From Chiloscyllium plagiosum (taxonomy: Eukaryota): a stretch of DNA of 64,000 nt. Positions 27,575 to 43,470 of the stretch are shown here, piece after piece; position 1 is the stretch's first letter; the number at the start of each line of letters is the position of its first letter. The stretch lies in assembly GCF_004010195.1 (NCBI RefSeq), contig NC_057748.1:4509237-4573236 (forward strand), given 5' to 3'. The translations under genes and the position numbers were made by a program. The notes beneath the pieces were generated by a model. That model made no database searches, was not told the DNA's origin, and was given only the letters and a program-made list of their open reading frames with translations.

Positions 27575-28579
27575 TTGTTACCTATTACAAGTCAATTGTA
27601 ATAGGAGCAGATTGGACAGAGACTGGAAAATGTTTCAGAATAGGGGTGTGGAGTAGGTCATAGTCTACTGACACTGGGTAAGCTGCTTAGGACTGAGAAG
27701 AGGAGAAAGGTCTTCACCCAGAGAGTGGGGAGCTGGTGGAATTCTCTGCCACAGAAAGTGGTTGAAGCCAAAACATTGAATGTTTTCAAGAAGGAGTTAG
27801 ATCAAAGGGCATGGGGAAGGCATAGGAAGATGGTACTGAGTTAGATGATCAGCCACAATCATATGCCCTGGCAGAGCAGGCCTGAAGGGCTGAATGGCCT
27901 CCTCCTCTTCATTCTTTCTATAATTCTAAGTTTCAAACCTGGTGCAGTGGGGTGTCCTATGGTCCAGGAAGTCTAGGTGTAAGACCCTACCTGCTCCAGA
28001 GGTGTCTGATAACATCTCTGGACAGGTTCATTAGGAAACAACCAGAGCTGTTGCAGGCCCAATGGACCGAATGGCCTCCTCCTGTGCCATAACAATTCTG
28101 TGATTCTGTGGATGATCTGCATCTGAACAGTGTTTCCCTGCCTCTATCTCCTGACTGACCTTTCTGTGGATTGTCACCTCGCTGTGATGGAGAGCCTCGA
28201 GTGTCCCGTTGAGTCTGATAGCGATACCTCAAGAGGTTTCCACTTCCTGGCAGGACCACCCAGGATAGTAAGGTCAGAGGGGAGGATCCTGATAAAGTGC
28301 AATGCAAATCAAATCCTAAACGGCCATCCATCCAGGCAGAAGGTATTTGTGTGCATTCTACGACGGTGGGTAAAGGCTACATCAGGAGGGAGATCCCCAG
28401 TCAACATTTCCTTGCCAGTTGAGCTGGATCTACCTTCTGTAAAGGATTGTGTCTGTGCTGATGGACAACAGCATTCCCATGCTAAACGATACTCTGTACA
28501 TGCTGTCTACCTGGAGGATTCCAACCCCCTCCCCAAACACATTGACTTTCCAGGGTGGACAGTCAGAGGATTTTACAGA

Positions 28580-30730
28580 AGGAGGCCATTCAGCCCTCCC
28601 CCATGTACTCACTCCTAAAAGAGCTACCCATCGAGTCCCACTCTCCAGCCCTATCTCCATAGCCTTCTAACTTCATCCCTTTCAAGTATATATCCAGCTC
28701 TCTTTTGAAACCTCCTATGGAATCCACCTCCCCCACTCTCCCATGCAGCGCATTCCAAATCCTAGCAACTCTCTGAGTAAAGAAGTTTCTCCTCATCTCA
28801 CTCTGAGCTCTTTGCTGACTATTTGTGACCTCCTCGTTACTGACATACCAACATCCTCCTTTACCCAGTCAAAATTGAGTCACACTTTTGAACAATTCAA
28901 TGTGGTGATAGAACACTGGGTAAACACAGAATAATCTTTCAGAGCTCAAATGTCCTATCTATTTTCAAAGCACTCACCCATCGATCAAAATGAATATGTT
29001 TAATCCTTTCGAACACAACATAAGTCTGAGCTAGTTCCTTCTTTATGTTTCTGAACTGCTGTCTATATGCTTCTGGTATCAATTCATAAGCACTTAAATT
29101 AGCCTATTTAACCTTTTCATAATCTCTTGACACCTCATATGACAGCATGGCAAATACCTCACTAGCTCTGCCTACCAATTTAGTCTGACCTAGAATTACC
29201 CATAAATATTTGGACCACTCCATCTGCCTAGCCAATTTTTTCAAATGAAATAAAGAAGGCTTCAACGTCTTTCTCATCAAAATGTGGCAGCATTTTGACA
29301 TATTTATATATATCACTACCATTCCTTTTAATCTCCATCCTGTTAACTTGACTTTGTTGACTAAGTCGCAATTTCTCAAGTTCAAATTCTCTCTCTCTCT
29401 CTTTGCTCAGCCAAGAACCTTTCCCCTCTCTCTTTTTTTCTCTCTCACCTCTCCATCTTTCTCCCCTCTGTTTTTCCTTTTCTCTCTCCCTCTCTGTTTA
29501 TTTTCTAACTCCATTTTCCTCAATTGTAATTTAACTTTTTCTCCCTCTACTGCACTTGTCTGAGTAGCTCCCTTACATTTTCAGCTTTATGTTTGTCCTT
29601 GGTTAAACCCAAATCTAACTTACTTGCTAATTTTAAAAGTATGACCTTTTTCTTTCCTTCTAAACTTGGCTAATCTGAGAATCACCTTCAAATCCCAGAA
29701 CCTTTTCAGCAATTTTAAGAGCCATTTCTCTCACTTTTAATTTAATCAACCACAAGTCACTGAAATTTAACAAGTTGTCTCACTTGAGTTTTATTTAAAG
29801 ATCTAGGACACTAACCTGCAAGTGTTTAAATCTGCTGGGATTTTTCGTACCCGCAAATCTATTCAAATATGACTAAACCAATTCAAATGATGGACACGAG
29901 CCCCCAAACTGTTACGACACGGGGTAAACTCTCCTGCTTAATTTAAAGCCAGCAACACAAAAAATTTATCCTGTGCAGCCGTTTGTTACCAGCTAGGACT
30001 TGGCAGTTCTCCTCTCAACTGTTCAATTTCCCCTGGTCTTATACCCTAGAGCATTGGATTGTGTCATTGGCTTTTAAGATTGTCAATATACTCAATTCAA
30101 ACTTTATTGGAAATTGGTATTTTTTTCAGGGTATAATTTAAACTGATTAGCCAAATTCAGATTTGTTTTTGTCTCCAGGCAATGAACTAATCAAGTTGTT
30201 TGACCCAGTGTTACATTGTTGCCATATTGAGAACACTTGGTGCTGTGTCCAGTAGTTGTGTTGCTTTTAACTCTCTTAAAGGTACACCCACATCTTCATA
30301 ACAAAGATCACCTCTTAATCTTCTCTGCTCCGAGGAGAATAAGCCGAATTTCTTTAATCTTTCCTTGTATCTAAAAACCCTCATTCCTAGTATCATTCTC
30401 GAAAATATCTTTTTCACTTTCTCCAGGGCTTTATTATCCTTCCTTGAATTAAGGTGTTCAGAACTGAACATAATACTGAAATGTGGTCTGACCAATGATT
30501 TGTAGAGGTGTAGCATCATTCCCCTGCTGCTATGCCTCACTTTAAAAACATAAGGATCCTGTAAGCCACCTTAACGACTATTTTATCTTCCCTGGCCATC
30601 GTCAGAGAATCATGTACTTGAACTCAAAGGTTTCTCTGCCACTGTACTCCCCTCAGAGCTGTTCCGTTGAGCCTGCATTGTCTGTCCGACCAAATGCATT
30701 ACATTGCATTTCCCTGTATTGAGAGTCGGA
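28580..30730 (-). mobile_element. CR1 fragment homologous to 22800-23580, interrupted by a Gypsy insertion
   Basis: Matches the unit-A CR1 on both sides of 28902-30303 (..caat | aag.tcacctcttaatc..). Confidence 0.85.
28902..30303 (-). mobile_element. Truncated Gmr1-like Ty3/Gypsy LTR retrotransposon (5' LTR, PBS, degenerate gag)
   Basis: LTR 29910-30303 bounded by tgttacga...tcataaca; tRNA-Pro-like PBS TGGGGGCTCGT at 29896-29906; gag ATG at 29725 with frameshifted LPHFDEKDVEAFF...W..LW..QTKLVGRA...DYEKVK...AYELIPEAYRQQFR. Confidence 0.85.
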
Positions 30731-31694
30731 AATGATTACCAACATTAAATCTTGCCCTGTAAAAATGTAGTACTATTAGTTACCAAATCCTCAATTGGGC
30801 TTGTGTGTATGTGTGGGTGTACCATGCACATTTGTATTTTTGTGTGCTTGCGCCTGTGTGTATGTTTGCATGTATGTGCATCCACTATCCTTCCTGCGAA
30901 GAAGCCGTTCCTAACATTATCCAGAACAGTTTAGTTCTAATGTGAAGACTATAATCCCATTCCACATCCTCAATTCTATTTGACCAATTGAGAAGAAACA
31001 GTTCCCCTCCATCTACTCTGTCAAATCCATTAATCCTCATAAAAACTTCAATTACACTCATCCCTTAACCTTCTACCCTGGGGAATGTGGGCAAACTATT
31101 GATGTCATTTAACCAGCTCTTTATCTCTGAGTTCATTGAGAAATTTGGGGCTGCACCATCTCTGCCTGAACTGAGCACTCCAGATGTGGTGGAACCAGAA
31201 TTTGACACTTTTACAAAGAACCTCCATCCAGAGGGATTTGAACCTCTTTGAGATTAGGACTAATATTAAATTAGTTCCTTTGCTTTATGTTTTTACATCT
31301 GTTCACTACACTTCTGTCCAATTGTCTGAATAATTTCATTTTGATCATTAGTTTTGATGACACAGCAGAAGATGTCACCATTTATAAAACACTGTGAATT
31401 GTCTTTCTTGGTCAGAAGTGGATCACTTTACACTTCCCCTCAGTGTCCTGTATCTGCCAGATTTGCCCATTCCATTAAACTTTGCAACATTCTGCTCTCA
31501 TGGTAATGTGTCACCTGATGTAGAGTCATCATTTTATTGATGGCCCTTCATTCCTTCATCTATAACATTGATAAATCTGATGAAAAGTTGTTTCCCAGTG
31601 CCTCTCCTTGGGGAAAGTAATCAGATCTTGCTATTTTATAATGTACTTACAAGATGAGAGTGCTGTTGGCTGGGCCAGCATTTATTCCCCTTCC

Positions 31695-31970
31695 CCAATG
31701 GCTCAGTGGTTAGCACTGCTGCCTCACAGCACCAGAGTGCCAAGTTCAATTCCAGCCTTGGGCGACTCTGTGTGGAGTTTGCACATTCTCCCTGTGTCTG
31801 CGTGGGTTTCCTCCCACGTTCCAAAGATGTGCAGGTCAGGTGAATTGGCTATGCTAAATTGTCCATAGTTGTTAGGTGCATTAGTCAGAATGGATGTGGG
31901 TTATTCTTCAAAGGGTTGGTGTGGACTTGTTGAGCTAAAGGGCCTGTTTCCACACGGTAGATAATCTAAT
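31695..31970 (+). mobile_element. Diverged HE1-type SINE (same site as the 53005 copy)
   Basis: SINE body inserted just after gggccagcatttatt in the old LINE. Confidence 0.85.
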
Positions 31971-33984
31971 CTTAATTATCCTTGTCAAGGTGGTGATATT
32001 TGCCTTCTTGGGAGGTAGACCCACAATCCTGTTTGGGAGGAATCCAGAATTTTGACTCAGCAACAGGGGAAGAACAGTGATATATGCCCAAGTCAAAATG
32101 GTGAGTGGCTTAAAGAGGAACTTGCAAGGGGTAGAGTTTTCATGTATTTTTGCCCTTGTCCTTTTAGATGGGAGTGGTCATGGGTTTGGAACATGTTGTC
32201 TGAGGAGCTTTGGTGAATTCATACGACATTTGGTAGATGGTACACCTTGCAGTTGCTAAATGTCAGTGGGGGAAGGAATGAATGTTGGTAGCTATTGTGC
32301 CAATCAAATGGGCTGCTTTGAACTGGAGGGTGTTAAGTTCCTTGAATGTTGTTGGCACCCTCCCCATTATCCTGACTTGAACACCCCCTGCCCAAGCCAA
32401 TTCCCCACCAACATCTCTCCCCCGTGATCATGTCAATGACATCATTAAGGTGGCAGCTTTGGCTTTTCACAAACTGACGCTGAGAATGTCCATCCTCCAA
32501 ATTAAAGGGTCTGCACAAATCAAGATGCATGCTGGGAAACACCACCTCTGAACTAATGTATATAACCAAATCCATAATAGCCTTATCACAGGGAGCATCA
32601 GTTCCAACATCAATATTCAGAGCCTGGTCAAGTCTGCAAAATGGACCAACTCAGTTTGCACACTGGGGAAGATTGGAAAAGAACATTTAGCCTAGCAATG
32701 CGTGCAAATTTAAAGCATGTGCAGTTTCAATCCCAATAGTATTGGGGAGATGTAAACTACCAAAGCTTACATTTGTATGAGACTTCTATAGAAGAACACT
32801 TACATGGGACATATTGTCTTTTCCCACCAAAGACAAGCACCTAAGCCATTTATTTCCATTCAAACAGAGAAAGATGAATAGTGCAGACTTAAGATAGCTG
32901 TGCAGTCATTAACCAAGTTACTTTGTGCCCCACTTATTCTATTGTGGGCTGTGAGCATCCCAAGCAAGCTCAGTCCTCATCACCCATTAGATTTCCCTTG
33001 AACTGCAATGCCACAGTGTCTGCACTATATTATTAAAATAAACCTGATTTCATGTAAAATTAAAAAGAAAAAAATTTGGAACAGATTCTTGTAAATGCTA
33101 CTCTGGTCCTATAGCTTTGTTTGCATCAGCTGCCCTCAGTACATGAAGCCTCTGGATTGCTCTAGTAAAAAAGGGAATTGCTACAATTGTCCCACATAGG
33201 TTAAGGTAGGTACTTTTGCATTTCCTCATGCAGATCATTGTTATTAGCCAAGCAGACTAGAGATACTGATGCCAGTCAAAAGCAGACTCTTTATTCTCCA
33301 GCATGGAATGTGGATGAGAGAAACCATTTCCCCACATTGGGAAAACAATCACATAGCATTCAAGTACCCCTTACTGTTCTTGGCTAAGTGATAATTGTAA
33401 AACTATCCACTAAATCAGAATCTAAACATTAAAATAAATTGCTAGAAAACATTCAGGTCTGACAATATTGATTGTACAAAAGTAAATATTTCCAGGCCAG
33501 TGACTGTTCTTAACCAATTTCACTCCACAGATGCTGCCAAACCCAAGTTTTTCTTCCTGATTTCCAGCAGCCAGTGTTTTTTGCTTCAATTTTAAAAACA
33601 TCTAAGCATTAGTCAGAGAGTACACCAGTTGTGTGTCAAGCATTCAGATTTCAAACTATTGATTAGAGGCTGTTGCTGCAAATTTGTTCCAGTAAGTACT
33701 GCTTACAAGCCAAAAAGCTAAGCAGTTGTGGAATTTCCAATTAGGAGTGTGGCTCACTTACACCAAAAGTCACTCCACACAGCAGAATAAAAACACTGAG
33801 CAAATTACTGGGACAAAAAGGTTGAGAGAAAAGGATTTAATGATCAGATGTTAAACATCAAAAACCCAAGCAGCAAATGAAGCTAAGAAATCACAGAGTA
33901 CTCAGTTCCATGGTGAACACTTCATGTTGTGCAGAGCACAACATGAAGTCACCATGTCCAACAAATGGAGTTGTTGAATCCTGC

Positions 33985-36495
33985 TCAGCGTGAGCCTGTC
34001 AAACAGGTACTCTCCCAGGCCATTCTCAGGGGCTCCGTCTCTTCAGGTTGGTGATGTGATCTCCCAGCTTCTTGATCATCTTCACTTGCTCATCCAAGTA
34101 GTGCCTCTCCAGGAAGTCACACAGATGGAAGAGGAGACAAAGATTAGCCTCAAGGAACAAACAATGCAACTGAAAGTGATGTCTATTACAGATGTGACAA
34201 TCTCCACCACCTTGTGGAGGGGGAGGGGTGCACTCTGGGATGTCTTTTGAAAGGCTGATGGTTTTCAGCCTGGAGGAGGCAGGTAGATGGTAATTGGAAT
34301 CTCCCCCCAGAGAGTACACAAACAGATCATTTCCTACCAAATGTTTAAGAGAAAAAATGAGAAACTCACATGAGGGTCCATGTGGCCAGAGGAGAGTTTG
34401 TGCAGATCCAGCAGACTCTGGTTCACATCCTTCTCCATCTGCAGAGCTCCCTGCATTGCCTCCAGACCATTGCCCCACTCATCCTGCTCTGGCTTCTGGA
34501 GGGAGGGAAGTCAGGAGAGAAAAACCAGCTCATCTCAGACAGGTGAATCACAGGCTACATCTGGTCAGTTCATTATTCCGAATCTTTGTAGGAGTTAGAT
34601 TTCAGGCCAATTGTTTTACTGACTCCTTTAGATTTCACCATTCCCAGAGCTTAAGAAATTTTAGAAGCATACCATACTGTGAAAGCACATGTTTAAAAGA
34701 TACTATAATCCAAATGTATCTAAAAATATGCACCAGTGGTGATAATTCCTTGCTGTACTGTTCTATCCCTTTGGATCCTCTTGACCAGCCCATTAGAAAC
34801 ATCTTGGAGATGCTACTACCTTCCACCCCTGTGGATTCTCTCATTCTTACCACAGTAGAGGGGCATTGGAATTGACATCTCTGAGGTTATATAGTTGATC
34901 ATTCTTACATGCAAATGATTCTCTCCATCCAGTATTCTGGATCATCCCAATTGCCTGTTGCTGTTTCACAAGTGCAAAATAGTCTCCAATTCAATGCATT
35001 GCTCACCAATACAATCTCCAATTCATATAGCATTTATTCAGTCTTGAGGCTCAACAGATTGGAGTGATACCAGTTAATTTGAGTTCACAAAACACATCTT
35101 CAGTTTACAGAAGCCAACCTTGACATCCTGCAGGAGGACCCTGCCTCCACATTTATTCTGGAATTCATCAGTTTCTCTGTGTTCCCATTCTTCATGGGAC
35201 TGCTCCCTAAAAGAACTCAGCAAAGTGACACAGGGCAACATCATCCCGGTCAAAGTAAGAGGAGGACTGAAAGTGGAGATAAAGTTGGAAGAAAACATTA
35301 CTTTCATCCTTGGCACACAGTGACCCATCCCACCATTTCAATTCCCTTCCAATTAACTGAAGTTAGTGACAAAAGCAGAAAGTCATCTGTCAATTGTGGT
35401 CTAAATAGCAGTCATTTTGACCTCCCAGAATGAAGATCTAAAAACCAACTGCAACCCCTGACTTGTATCTGAAGGAGGCAGTGTGCTAGTGTGGCAGAGT
35501 GTACTGTGAAGGTCCCTGTTGGGGACAACCATTAGACATCCCTGCACTGCAGGTTAGAAATGTTCTTGCTCAGTGCTGGTAGTTAGTGAGATCATTGACC
35601 AACTGAAACATAGGACACGAACATGTTGACCAACAGGCAGAAATCTCAGTCAGTACCTCATTGCCAACCTCACCCACCTGAGTAACCACACTGTCCTACT
35701 ATTTGGTCTGCACAGAGTCTTGACTATGCTATTTTTAGATAATTCACATTTCAAGTGAAAAAAAATGCCATTTAACCATCTTTCCTCACATTTAGCAAAT
35801 AAACACTTCATCTTCAACAAGTGAAGACAACAGCTTGTTTATTTAGGCAACTTTTAAAATCAATTTGGTTTGGAGAAAGTTTTTTTGAGAAAGATTAGTT
35901 ATAGAATCAGTCAGGGATGTATAGCACAGAAACAAACCCTTCAGTCCAACTCATCTATACTATCCAGATATCCCAACCCAATCTAGTCCCTGGCCCATAT
36001 CCCTCCAAACCCTTCCTACACAGATACCCATCCAGATGGATTTTAAATGTTGCCATTATACTAGCCTCCACTTCCTCTGATAGCTCATTCCATAAACATT
36101 ACTATCCTGAGGGGAAAGTTGCCCCTTAGGTCCCATATCTTTCCCCTCTCACCCTAAACCTATGTCTGTTCATTCTGGGCTTCCATACCAGAGGGAAAAG
36201 GCTTTGTCAATTTATCCTATCTATGCCCCTCATGGTTTATAAGCCTCTGGAGGTCACCCCTCAGCCTCCAACACTCGAGGGAAAACAGCCCCAGCCTGTT
36301 CAGCCTTTCCCAATAGCTCAAATCCTCCAATCCTGGCAACATCCTTGGAAGTCTATAAATATAAAATAGAACCTTCAAGACCACAAACCTCACCATGGAG
36401 AGGTAAACATAGGAAGAATAAAGCTCCATGTTGATCTGCTTGTTAACAACATCCTCACAGTCCTTGTGGTAGTTCTGACACACTTGGGAGGCCAT
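33985..36495 (-). pseudogene. Ferritin copy C, four-exon pseudogene
   Basis: Exons 36495-36394, 35266-35119, 34495-34370 and 34124-~33985. Several frameshifting indels in exon 2, exon-4 acceptor AG>AT (34125-34126), small deletions in exon 4, polyA signal lost. Confidence 0.9.
35900..36352 (-). mobile_element. CR1 3' fragment in intron 1 of C (same site as in F)
   Basis: [27 protein letters not shown] peptide plus the CR1 tail. Confidence 0.85.
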
Positions 36496-38029
36496 CTTCA
36501 CTATTCCTGCTCACTATCACCCAGACAACTCCAGACCAAAGCCTCTCTTCCCCAAGCTCTTGTATTTATCCTCCAGGGAGAGGCATCACCAACGATGATT
36601 GACAATTCCTGACAGCCAATCAGGAATTGCCCATGAACATAGGCCCCAATGAGAGAGAAGGGGGGGGGGGTGGCGGTGTTAACCAGAGCTGATGATGAGA
36701 GTCAAGTCTAGATGATTACTCAGTGATTGGAACAGCAGGAGGTCACTCAGCAGCATCTCAATCAGGTCATGGTAAGTTTGCGTCCTTTTAGAAGAAATAG
36801 ATTTGGATGAGGAAAGGTTTTCAAGTTTTCTTTTAAAATTAAGCTCATTGTGACCAACTGAAAGAGGGGCTCAATGAAGAAGGGGAGTCAGTTTCTCAGC
36901 CTGTTGTGTTGGAAATGGAAGAAAAAGGTGGGAGATTGGTGGTAGGACAAGGCAATTGTAACAGGAGCAGAGACTGGAAAATGTTGCCAATGACTGGGTG
37001 GTGGAGAATCGGTGGGTGGGGCGGAGTGGGTGTCATAGTCTACTGACACTGGGTAAGCTGTTTAGGACTGAGATGAGGAGAAAGGTCTTCACCCAGAGAG
37101 TGGGGAGCTTGTGGAATTCTCTGCCACAGAAAGTGGTTGAAGCCAAAACATTGAATGTTTTCAAGAAGGAGTTAGATATAGCTCTTAGGGCTAAAGGGAT
37201 CAAAGGGCATGGGGAAGGCATAGGAAGCTGGTACTGAGTTAGATGATCAACCACAATCATATGCCGTGGCAGAGCAGGCCTGAATGGCTGAATGGCCTCC
37301 TCCTCTTCATTCTTTCTATAATTCTAAGTTTCAAAACTGGTGCAGTGGGGTGTCCTGTGGTCCAGGAAGTCTAGGTATAAGACCCTACCTGCTCCAGAGG
37401 TATCTGATAACATCTCTGGACAGGTTCATTAGGAAACAACCAGAGCTGTTGCAGGCCCAATAGACCGAATGGCCTCCTCCTGTGCCATAACAATTCTGTG
37501 ATTCTGTGGTTGATCTGCATCTGAACAGCGTTTCCCTGCCTCTGCCTCCTGACTGACCTTTCTGTGGATTGTCATCTCGTTGTGGTGGAGAGCCTCGAGT
37601 GTCCCATTGATTCTGAGAGCGATACCTCAAGAGGTTTCCACCTCCTGACAGGGCCACCCAGGATGGTAATGTCAGAGGGGAGGATCCTGATAAAGAGAAA
37701 TGGAAATCAAATCCTCAAAGGCCATCCATCCAGGCAGAAGATATTTCTTTGCTAACCACGGGGGTGGGTAAAGGCTACAGCAGGAGGGAGATCACAAATC
37801 GACATTTCCTTGCCACTTGAGCTGGCTCTACCTTCTGTGAAGCACCGTGTCTGTGTTGTGAGCTGTGTGTTTGTGTGCTTGTGTATATGTGTGTGCATTC
37901 ACTATCCTTCCTGTGAAGAAGCCATTCCGAACATTATCCTGGACAGTTTAGTTCTAATGTGAAGATTCTCATCCCATTCCACATCCTCAGTTCTAGTTGA
38001 CCCATTGAGAATAAACAGTTCCCCTCTAT

Positions 38030-38112
38030 CTATTTTATTTTTCTTGCGCAAACCCTCAAGTGGCCAGTGACAAACACTGCCCTTCACATCAAAGGGCAAG
38101 CACACCTGTTTT
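38030..38112 (-). mobile_element. Tx1-like LINE 3' end running into the gap (38113-38925)
   Basis: gtggccagtgacaaacactgcccttcacatcaaagggca matches 44837-44876. Confidence 0.7.
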
Positions 38113-40641
38113 NNNNNNNNNNNNNNNNNNNNNNNNNNNNNNNNNNNNNNNNNNNNNNNNNNNNNNNNNNNNNNNNNNNNNNNNNNNNNNNNNNNNNNNN
38201 NNNNNNNNNNNNNNNNNNNNNNNNNNNNNNNNNNNNNNNNNNNNNNNNNNNNNNNNNNNNNNNNNNNNNNNNNNNNNNNNNNNNNNNNNNNNNNNNNNNN
38301 NNNNNNNNNNNNNNNNNNNNNNNNNNNNNNNNNNNNNNNNNNNNNNNNNNNNNNNNNNNNNNNNNNNNNNNNNNNNNNNNNNNNNNNNNNNNNNNNNNNN
38401 NNNNNNNNNNNNNNNNNNNNNNNNNNNNNNNNNNNNNNNNNNNNNNNNNNNNNNNNNNNNNNNNNNNNNNNNNNNNNNNNNNNNNNNNNNNNNNNNNNNN
38501 NNNNNNNNNNNNNNNNNNNNNNNNNNNNNNNNNNNNNNNNNNNNNNNNNNNNNNNNNNNNNNNNNNNNNNNNNNNNNNNNNNNNNNNNNNNNNNNNNNNN
38601 NNNNNNNNNNNNNNNNNNNNNNNNNNNNNNNNNNNNNNNNNNNNNNNNNNNNNNNNNNNNNNNNNNNNNNNNNNNNNNNNNNNNNNNNNNNNNNNNNNNN
38701 NNNNNNNNNNNNNNNNNNNNNNNNNNNNNNNNNNNNNNNNNNNNNNNNNNNNNNNNNNNNNNNNNNNNNNNNNNNNNNNNNNNNNNNNNNNNNNNNNNNN
38801 NNNNNNNNNNNNNNNNNNNNNNNNNNNNNNNNNNNNNNNNNNNNNNNNNNNNNNNNNNNNNNNNNNNNNNNNNNNNNNNNNNNNNNNNNNNNNNNNNNNN
38901 NNNNNNNNNNNNNNNNNNNNNNNNNTGTACACTCCCCATTATAAAGACTGACAGCCCCTCTCCCAAGCCAATTCCCCATCAATGATGATGATGAAATTCC
39001 CTGTCACTGAAATCATGAAGGTGGCTGCTTTGGCTTTTCACAAACTGAAGCTGATACCATCCATCCTCCAAATTAGAACATTCAAGCACAAATCAAAATG
39101 CACACAGGGAACCACCACCCCCTGAGAACTGATGAACATAACCAAATCCATAGATAGCCTTATCACTTGGAGCATCAGTTCTAATATCAATCATCACTCA
39201 GAGCCTGGTCAAGCCTGCAAAATGGACACTCAGTTTGCACACTGGGAGATTGGAAAAGAACATTTGACCTAGCAGTGCGTGCAAATTTAAAGCACATTAT
39301 TACTATTGGGATAGAAAATGCATAAAGTGTAAAGCACCAAAGCTTACATTTGTAGCAGACATTTACAGAATACCATTGTAAATGGGAAACACTGTCTCCC
39401 CAGCCCCCAAAGACAAGCATCTGCCCCATATATCTCCATTCAATGAGAAAAATGAACGGCGTAGCTATATGATGATTGAGCAGCCATAACCAAGTTATTT
39501 AGTGACCCCCTGATTCTATCATGGGCTGTGAATATGACATGCCAATCAGTACTAGTCAAGAAATTTTCCAAGAAATATGTCAATGCCACCATGACCTATA
39601 TATGACTCCACAATCCATGCGGAGTGCAATCGAAGGAGAGCTGATTTCATGTAAGTTAAAGGAAAGAAAATTGGAACAAAATCCTGCAAATGCTAGTCTG
39701 GTCCTATAGCTGCCTTCAGTATTTGACACCCCTGGATTGCAAGAGCAGTAAAAAGGGAATTGCTATATGTCCCACATGGGTTAAGGTAGGCACTGTTGCA
39801 TTTCCTCACAGGATAGTTATTAGCCAATTAGAGTAGAAATACTGATGCCAATCAAAAGCAGAATCTTCATTCTCCAGCATGGAACGTGGAGAAGAGAAAC
39901 CATTTCCCAGCTTGAGAAACCACCATATAGCAATCAAGTATAGCTTATCCAAGAACACAGTCAAATGTCGTGTACCTCCAAGCAAGATATTCAACCTTTA
40001 TATTCTTGCAAAAGGAGTAATTTGAGATGATTGGCTAAATCAGAATCTAAACATCAAACCAAATTGCTGGAAAACAGTATCTATTGCAAGAAAATTAATA
40101 TTTCAGATCTAGCAACTGTTCTCAACTGATTTCACACCACACATATTGCCAAACCCACGTTATCCCAGCAGGTCTTCCTGATTTGCAGCAGCCAGTTTTT
40201 TTGCTTCAGTTTTAAAAAAGTTGAAAGAATTGCTCAGAGTATAGCAGTTGTGTCAAACATTTAGACTGGGATTAGATTTCAAACTATTGACTAGAGGCTG
40301 TTGCATGTTCCAGTGAGCACAGGCAGTTAGTGAGTATTCATTACAAGGAAAAAACTTAAGCTGTTGTGGAATTTCCAATTATGAGAATTGCTCTCAGTCC
40401 AAAAAGTCCCTCTACACAGCTGAATAAAACAGAACAAATTATTGGGACAAGCATTGAAACAAGGTTGAGAAAAAAGGATTTAATAATCAGATATTAAACA
40501 GCAAAAACCCAAGAACCCAATGAAACTAAATAGTTATACAGTTCCATGGTGAACACTATTTTAATTTTGTGCAAAGCACAACCAAAGTCATCCACTAGAA
40601 TGAAGTCACCATGTCCAACAAATGGAGTTGTTGAATCCCAC

Positions 40642-42925
<2,284 letters not shown>

Positions 42926-43150
42926 CTTCACTATTCCTGCTCACTATCACCCAGACAACTCCAGACCTGAACCGCTCTCCCATGAGCTCTTGTATTTATC
43001 CCCCAGGGAACATCCAGGGATAGGTATCACCAATGATGATTGACAATTCCTGACAGCCAATCAGGAATCCCCCGTGAACATAGGCCCCAATGAGAGAGTG
43101 GGGATGTGTTAACTAGAGCTGATTAGAGGTGTAGATTAGAATCAGGTCTG

Positions 43151-43470
43151 ATTAGATTAGATTAGATTAGATTAGATTACTTACAGTGTGGAAACAGGCC
43201 CTTCGGCCCAACAAGTCCACACCGACCCGCCGAAGCGTAACCCACCCATACCCCTACATTTACCCCTTTACCTAACACTACGGGCAATTTAGCATGGCCA
43301 ATTCACCTGACTTGCACATCTTTGGAGTGTGGGAGGAAACCGGAGCACCCGGAGGAAACCCACGCAGACACGGGGAGAACGTGCAAACTCCACACAGTCA
43401 GTCGCCTGAGGCGGGAATTGAACCCGGGTCTCTGGCGCTGCGAGGCAGCAGTGCTAACCACTGTGCCACC
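43151..43470 (-). mobile_element. Young HE1-type SINE inserted in the promoter of D
   Basis: Interrupts gtcaggtctg|...gtgattggaacagc, which is contiguous in A, E and F. Confidence 0.9.

Noticed and set aside
37902-38982. Long ORFs spanning N runs (also 14857, 44077, 51936)
   Set aside because: Artefacts of assembly gaps.
42930-42950. TAGTGA in the ferritin leader as a variant IRE loop
   Set aside because: Flanks (GGTGA / GCAGG) cannot form the 5-bp upper stem and there is no C bulge.
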